Below are positions 60,511 to 64,000 of a DNA stretch of 64,000 nucleotides, piece after piece. The first letter of the stretch is position 1. Every line of letters begins with the position of its first letter. The notes beneath the pieces were generated by a model. It had not been told where the DNA came from. It saw only the letters and a program-made list of their open reading frames with translations, and made no database searches. The DNA is from Nostoc sp. Its GTDB lineage: Bacteria > Cyanobacteriota > Cyanobacteriia > Cyanobacteriales > Nostocaceae. Where the stretch lies: assembly GCA_036918135.1 (NCBI GenBank), contig JBALDB010000002.1:64001-128000 (forward strand), given 5' to 3'. The position numbers and the translations under genes are program-made.

Positions 60511-61995
60511 TTATTTATCGTGTTCTAAATTAGAAAATAGCCTCTGCCAATCGATAGAGTTAACAGTATTATGTCCCTCTTTCACCTCGAACGTGACATT
60601 AGATGCTTTTGCTATTTTTAGCACTTGCACGCAAAGTTCTGCGATATCCTCACGGCTGATTTTACCTTTAATATTATCACCTTGCTCGAATATTAATTCT
60701 TTGCCTCCTGATTCCTCAGTTAAAGCACAAGGTCGAACAATTGTATAAGAAATTCCGCTTGCTCTTAAACTATCTTCTCCTTTCAATTTCCAAGTCAAAA
60801 TTCCTCCCAATTGGTCATTTAATTTCACTGCTGGGGGTTCTTCATCTAAATTAATCCCAGGGCGTCCGGGACGAGTTACGCCTGCTGAACTGACAAGGAT
60901 AAATTGGGGTAAATTTACACTGCCATAGGCTTTAATTGATTCCAACTGTAAAGCAAAACTACCTGGAGAAAATTTGGGATTTAATCCGCCATCATATTCA
61001 AATTTGCTTAACATCAGTTGGAATGAATAAATTGTACTCTGCTCAATTGGTGGCGCATCATTGACAACTTTTGCCCGAAATACAGGAATCAAATCTTTAA
61101 AGGAAATGTGAATATCTACCCAGGTATTAGCTACAGTATCAAAAGAATAACTATAGCCAATGCCATCCCATTTTGTATCTGTTCGTAGGAAAATTTTATA
61201 ACGCTGACCGTCACCTTTAACGCGCAATTTTACACCTTCATAACCTGATAAGTTAAATGGTGGATCGAAATTCTTAGTTCTCACAGAAGCAAATCCGCCA
61301 GAGTTCGCAGTGGAAACATTGCCAGTAAACAAAGCTGCATTTTCTACTAATTGGATATTACTGGCACTCACACCACCCATAACTACATCATCTAACGCTC
61401 CCCAAATCTCTTTTAATTCTGCTGATAGTTTTGTAAAGTCAAATATTTGTTTTTCGTTTGCTTGGGGTAGATATTTTGCTGCGGCTTCGACTAAGTTTTT
61501 AACGCCTAGATATTCCACATTTTCTGGGGTGTCGCCGATAATTTCTGGCTGGTAAAATTTAACACCTTGGTAATATTTAGCTCTCTCTGGTGTGTCTCCC
61601 TCTACTGGTTGCACGCGCACTGCTGTACAACAAATTACAGCTTCGATATTAGCCATAACTACAGCAGTTAAAGTTTCTGGTTTGGTTATATCTGCAACTA
61701 TTAAGTCAACATCACTACCAAGAATTGACCGTGCTTTGTCAATGTCTCTCACCAGTGCCCGAACTTTATAACCCCGTTCGAGCGATCGCTTTACCACTCG
61801 CTTACCTACACCACCTGTGGCACCTGCTACTAATATTACACCCACGTTTCTTCCTCCATTGGGTTTATCTTGATTATCCTGAGGACGGCCTTGGATTAAT
61901 TGCTGTACCCAGTTAAGGAAAGGAATTACCTCAAAGTAAGTCAGGGTTTCGATAAACCTGCCTAAGTCCCATTGAGAACGATTTTTGTCACTCAT
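60511..61995 (-). CDS. CIA30 / NAD(P)-binding domain protein
   Basis: GATGGVG Rossmann motif; WGALDDVVMGGVS, GGFASVR and GDGQRYK (CIA30). Confidence 0.9.
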   Translation of the reverse strand: MSDKNRSQWDLGRFIETLTYFEVIPFLNWVQQLIQGRPQDNQDKPNGGRNVGVILVAGATGGVGKRVVKRSLERGYKVRALVRDIDKARSILGSDVDLIVADITKPETLTAVVMANIEAVICCTAVRVQPVEGDTPERAKYYQGVKFYQPEIIGDTPENVEYLGVKNLVEAAAKYLPQANEKQIFDFTKLSAELKEIWGALDDVVMGGVSASNIQLVENAALFTGNVSTANSGGFASVRTKNFDPPFNLSGYEGVKLRVKGDGQRYKIFLRTDTKWDGIGYSYSFDTVANTWVDIHISFKDLIPVFRAKVVNDAPPIEQSTIYSFQLMLSKFEYDGGLNPKFSPGSFALQLESIKAYGSVNLPQFILVSSAGVTRPGRPGINLDEEPPAVKLNDQLGGILTWKLKGEDSLRASGISYTIVRPCALTEESGGKELIFEQGDNIKGKISREDIAELCVQVLKIAKASNVTFEVKEGHNTVNSIDWQRLFSNLEHDK

Positions 61996-62139
61996 ATTTG
62001 CGTCCTCATAACTTTCTTCACTCTAGCAATTTTGGAGATTTATATACTTTTAAAGCTATAGGTGAAGAAACTGGTCAAGCCTATGCCCTAATTGAGATCG
62101 TTTCCTTGGCTTTAACGATTCTTACGTTTACGAATTAGA

Positions 62140-62256
62140 TTAGCCTTGATTGTCTGTGGTAGTCTGATTATTTTAGGTGCGCTATGGTTCTCTGGACAAT
62201 TGCCTGGAGTGAGCCGTTGGATCGCTGGCGAAAAAAGTCGCTTCTCTTTTAAATGA
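62140..62256 (+). pseudogene. Possible C-terminal remnant of an MFS-type membrane protein
   Basis: LALIVCGSLIILGALWFSGQLPGVSRWI..., with no start and preceded by non-coding sequence. Confidence 0.35.
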
Positions 62257-62297
62257 CCAGCGATCGCTAAATTATCTATAGTCAGTAAATTATTGTT

Positions 62298-63269
62298 TTA
62301 ATCTGGAACCACAATATTTTCTAAACCCTTTTCTGCTGGTGGATATTGTGGGTTAATTGCCTCTAGAGTGTCTGCGATCGTTCGAGCTACTACCAAGTTA
62401 CGATACCACTTATTGTTTGCAGGTACGACATACCAGGGAGCATGAGCAGTCGAGCAATTGTTAATCATGTCCTCAAATGCCGTTTGGTAGTCATCCCACA
62501 GCACCCGCTCTTTTAAGTCGTTGCTGGAAAACTTCCAATGCTTATCTGGATCTTCTAGCCGACTTTCCAAACGCCGTTTTTGTTCGTCTTTAGAAATGTG
62601 AAGAAAAAACTTGATAATAGCAATGTTGTTGAGTGTCAGCATATGCTCAAACTCGTTAATCAACTGATAGCGATCGCGCCAAATATCCTCTGGTACTAGC
62701 TGTTTGACTCGTACAATTAATACATCTTCGTAATGAGAACGATTGAAGATGCTAATCATCCCCCGTTGTGGTGTCCGTTGGTGGTAGCGCCAGAGAAAAT
62801 CATGGCTTATTTCTTCATCGCTGGGCTTTTTGAATGACCAAACCTGACAGCCTTGTGGGTTTAGACCACCGAATACGTGTTTGATAGTACCATCTTTACC
62901 TCCGGTGTCCATCGCTTGCAGCACGATTAGCAAACTGCGATAGTGTTGAGCATATAACCGTTCTTGCAGATTTTGCAACCGTTGACGCTGCTTTTCGAGT
63001 TCTTTTTCAACATGTTTCTTTTTTTCGTAGTCCTCGCAAGCATTCGGATCGAAATTAGCCAAGGTGATGGGCTGTCCGGGGTGGACTCGGTAACGAGGAT
63101 AGTCTGGTTTAGGCGGAGGCTCATCTACAACAATTTTTTCAGGTGCCATTTCTTGGGCATACTCGGTTGTAATCTTTGCTGCTGCTTGTTTTGTCTTATA
63201 AGATTCTGCCGGTGTTGCGTTATCGGTGGGAGTTGAATTATCATTTTTTGAACTATTTGACTGGCTCAT
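62298..63269 (-). CDS. Polyphosphate kinase 2 family protein
   Basis: QAMDTGGKDG, FLWRY, FNRSHYE and APWYVVPANNKW. Confidence 0.93.
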   Translation of the reverse strand: MSQSNSSKNDNSTPTDNATPAESYKTKQAAAKITTEYAQEMAPEKIVVDEPPPKPDYPRYRVHPGQPITLANFDPNACEDYEKKKHVEKELEKQRQRLQNLQERLYAQHYRSLLIVLQAMDTGGKDGTIKHVFGGLNPQGCQVWSFKKPSDEEISHDFLWRYHQRTPQRGMISIFNRSHYEDVLIVRVKQLVPEDIWRDRYQLINEFEHMLTLNNIAIIKFFLHISKDEQKRRLESRLEDPDKHWKFSSNDLKERVLWDDYQTAFEDMINNCSTAHAPWYVVPANNKWYRNLVVARTIADTLEAINPQYPPAEKGLENIVVPD

Positions 63270-63323
63270 AGGTTCTTTTAACTTAGGTAGGATTTACCGT
63301 GCAATATCCTTAATTTGCTCAAT

Positions 63324-64000
63324 TTATTCAAGCGTATCCACCTGAATTTGATGCCAAGAGTTATTCATGTATCCTTTAAAATTCCAAATCGTTCTAACAT
63401 CTTCTGGCTGAGTGTTACCAGCACAATCCCAGGCACGCACAATAACTCGGTTGTTGCTATTTTTAAGATTTACTTGGCTACGCCAAAATTGCCAAGCCCA
63501 GGGATGCTCTGATTCTTCAAGCTCTGCTTGCATCCAAGTTTTTCCGCCATCGGTAGATAGCTCTACGCATTTAATGGTGCAATCTCCAGGGGCGATCGCA
63601 TACCCCTCAATTAAGATAGGGTTTGTCAGTATTTTCTCTCCATCTAATGGATAGCAGATTACAGAATTGACGCTTAGCTCTCCTAATATCTGTCCTTTAG
63701 TCCAATCGACCGTCTGTGATTGTACCTCTGGTGGGAAGAGTTTATAAGCATGTTGCTGAAAGTAGTTACTAGAAGGACTAGTTTGCAGCGTAATGCTCGA
63801 TAACCATTTAACGCTACGAGCGCCAATATAACCAGGTACTACAACCCTTAATGGGAAACCATGCTCAGAAGTTAAAGGCTCACCGTTCATCTCATAGGCT
63901 AAGAGAACTTCTGGACTCATCGCCTTCTCAATGGGAATAGAACCCCCAAAGCCGAATTTCTTACCTTCTTTTTCAACTTCATCGAAACTGCTAAAGGCAA
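63324..64000 (-). CDS. Sulfite oxidase-family molybdopterin oxidoreductase (5' truncated by window)
   Basis: LAYEMNGEPL..HGFPLR..PGYIGARSVKWL, VELSTDGGKTW and WNFKGYMNN; frame open to the window edge. Confidence 0.9.
   Translation of the reverse strand, partial: AFSSFDEVEKEGKKFGFGGSIPIEKAMSPEVLLAYEMNGEPLTSEHGFPLRVVVPGYIGARSVKWLSSITLQTSPSSNYFQQHAYKLFPPEVQSQTVDWTKGQILGELSVNSVICYPLDGEKILTNPILIEGYAIAPGDCTIKCVELSTDGGKTWMQAELEESEHPWAWQFWRSQVNLKNSNNRVIVRAWDCAGNTQPEDVRTIWNFKGYMNNSWHQIQVDTLE

Noticed and set aside
1..64000. Abundant GCGATCGC octamers as a novel repeat
   Set aside because: This is the well-known cyanobacterial HIP1 sequence.

Overview
64 kb of a filamentous cyanobacterial (Nostoc-like) chromosome. 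The assignment rests on the many HIP1 octamers (GCGATCGC), short tandem repeat tracts and typical Nostocales gene content. Most of the window is core or metabolic: rnb-like RNase, rpsR, rpmG, moeA, mnmG, sucrose synthase, a GH65/beta-phosphoglucomutase fusion, an SLH porin, PPK2, and a Mn-transporter family gene behind a yybP-ykoY riboswitch. The best candidate for an undescribed system is a minus-strand cluster at 32.9-43.7 kb: TpsA/FHA-like exoprotein, secreted TPR-CHAT protease, DUF928 protein with a 5x GGASR repeat, CHASE2 hybrid kinase and a REC-HisKA kinase. Its upstream region shares a 23-bp motif with the upstream region of a nearby HTH-Uma2 chimeric gene. Also present: a HIP1-poor sugar-nucleotide islet (rfbF plus a CapD-like gene) ending in an IS630 remnant, several TA-bounded MITE-like families, 21-nt micro-insertions (one splitting a HIP1 site in frame inside a gene), a TPR/coiled-coil/NYN fusion, and several gene remnants. 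I saw no tRNA, rRNA or CRISPR array. All calls come from visual motif recognition; no database search was run.
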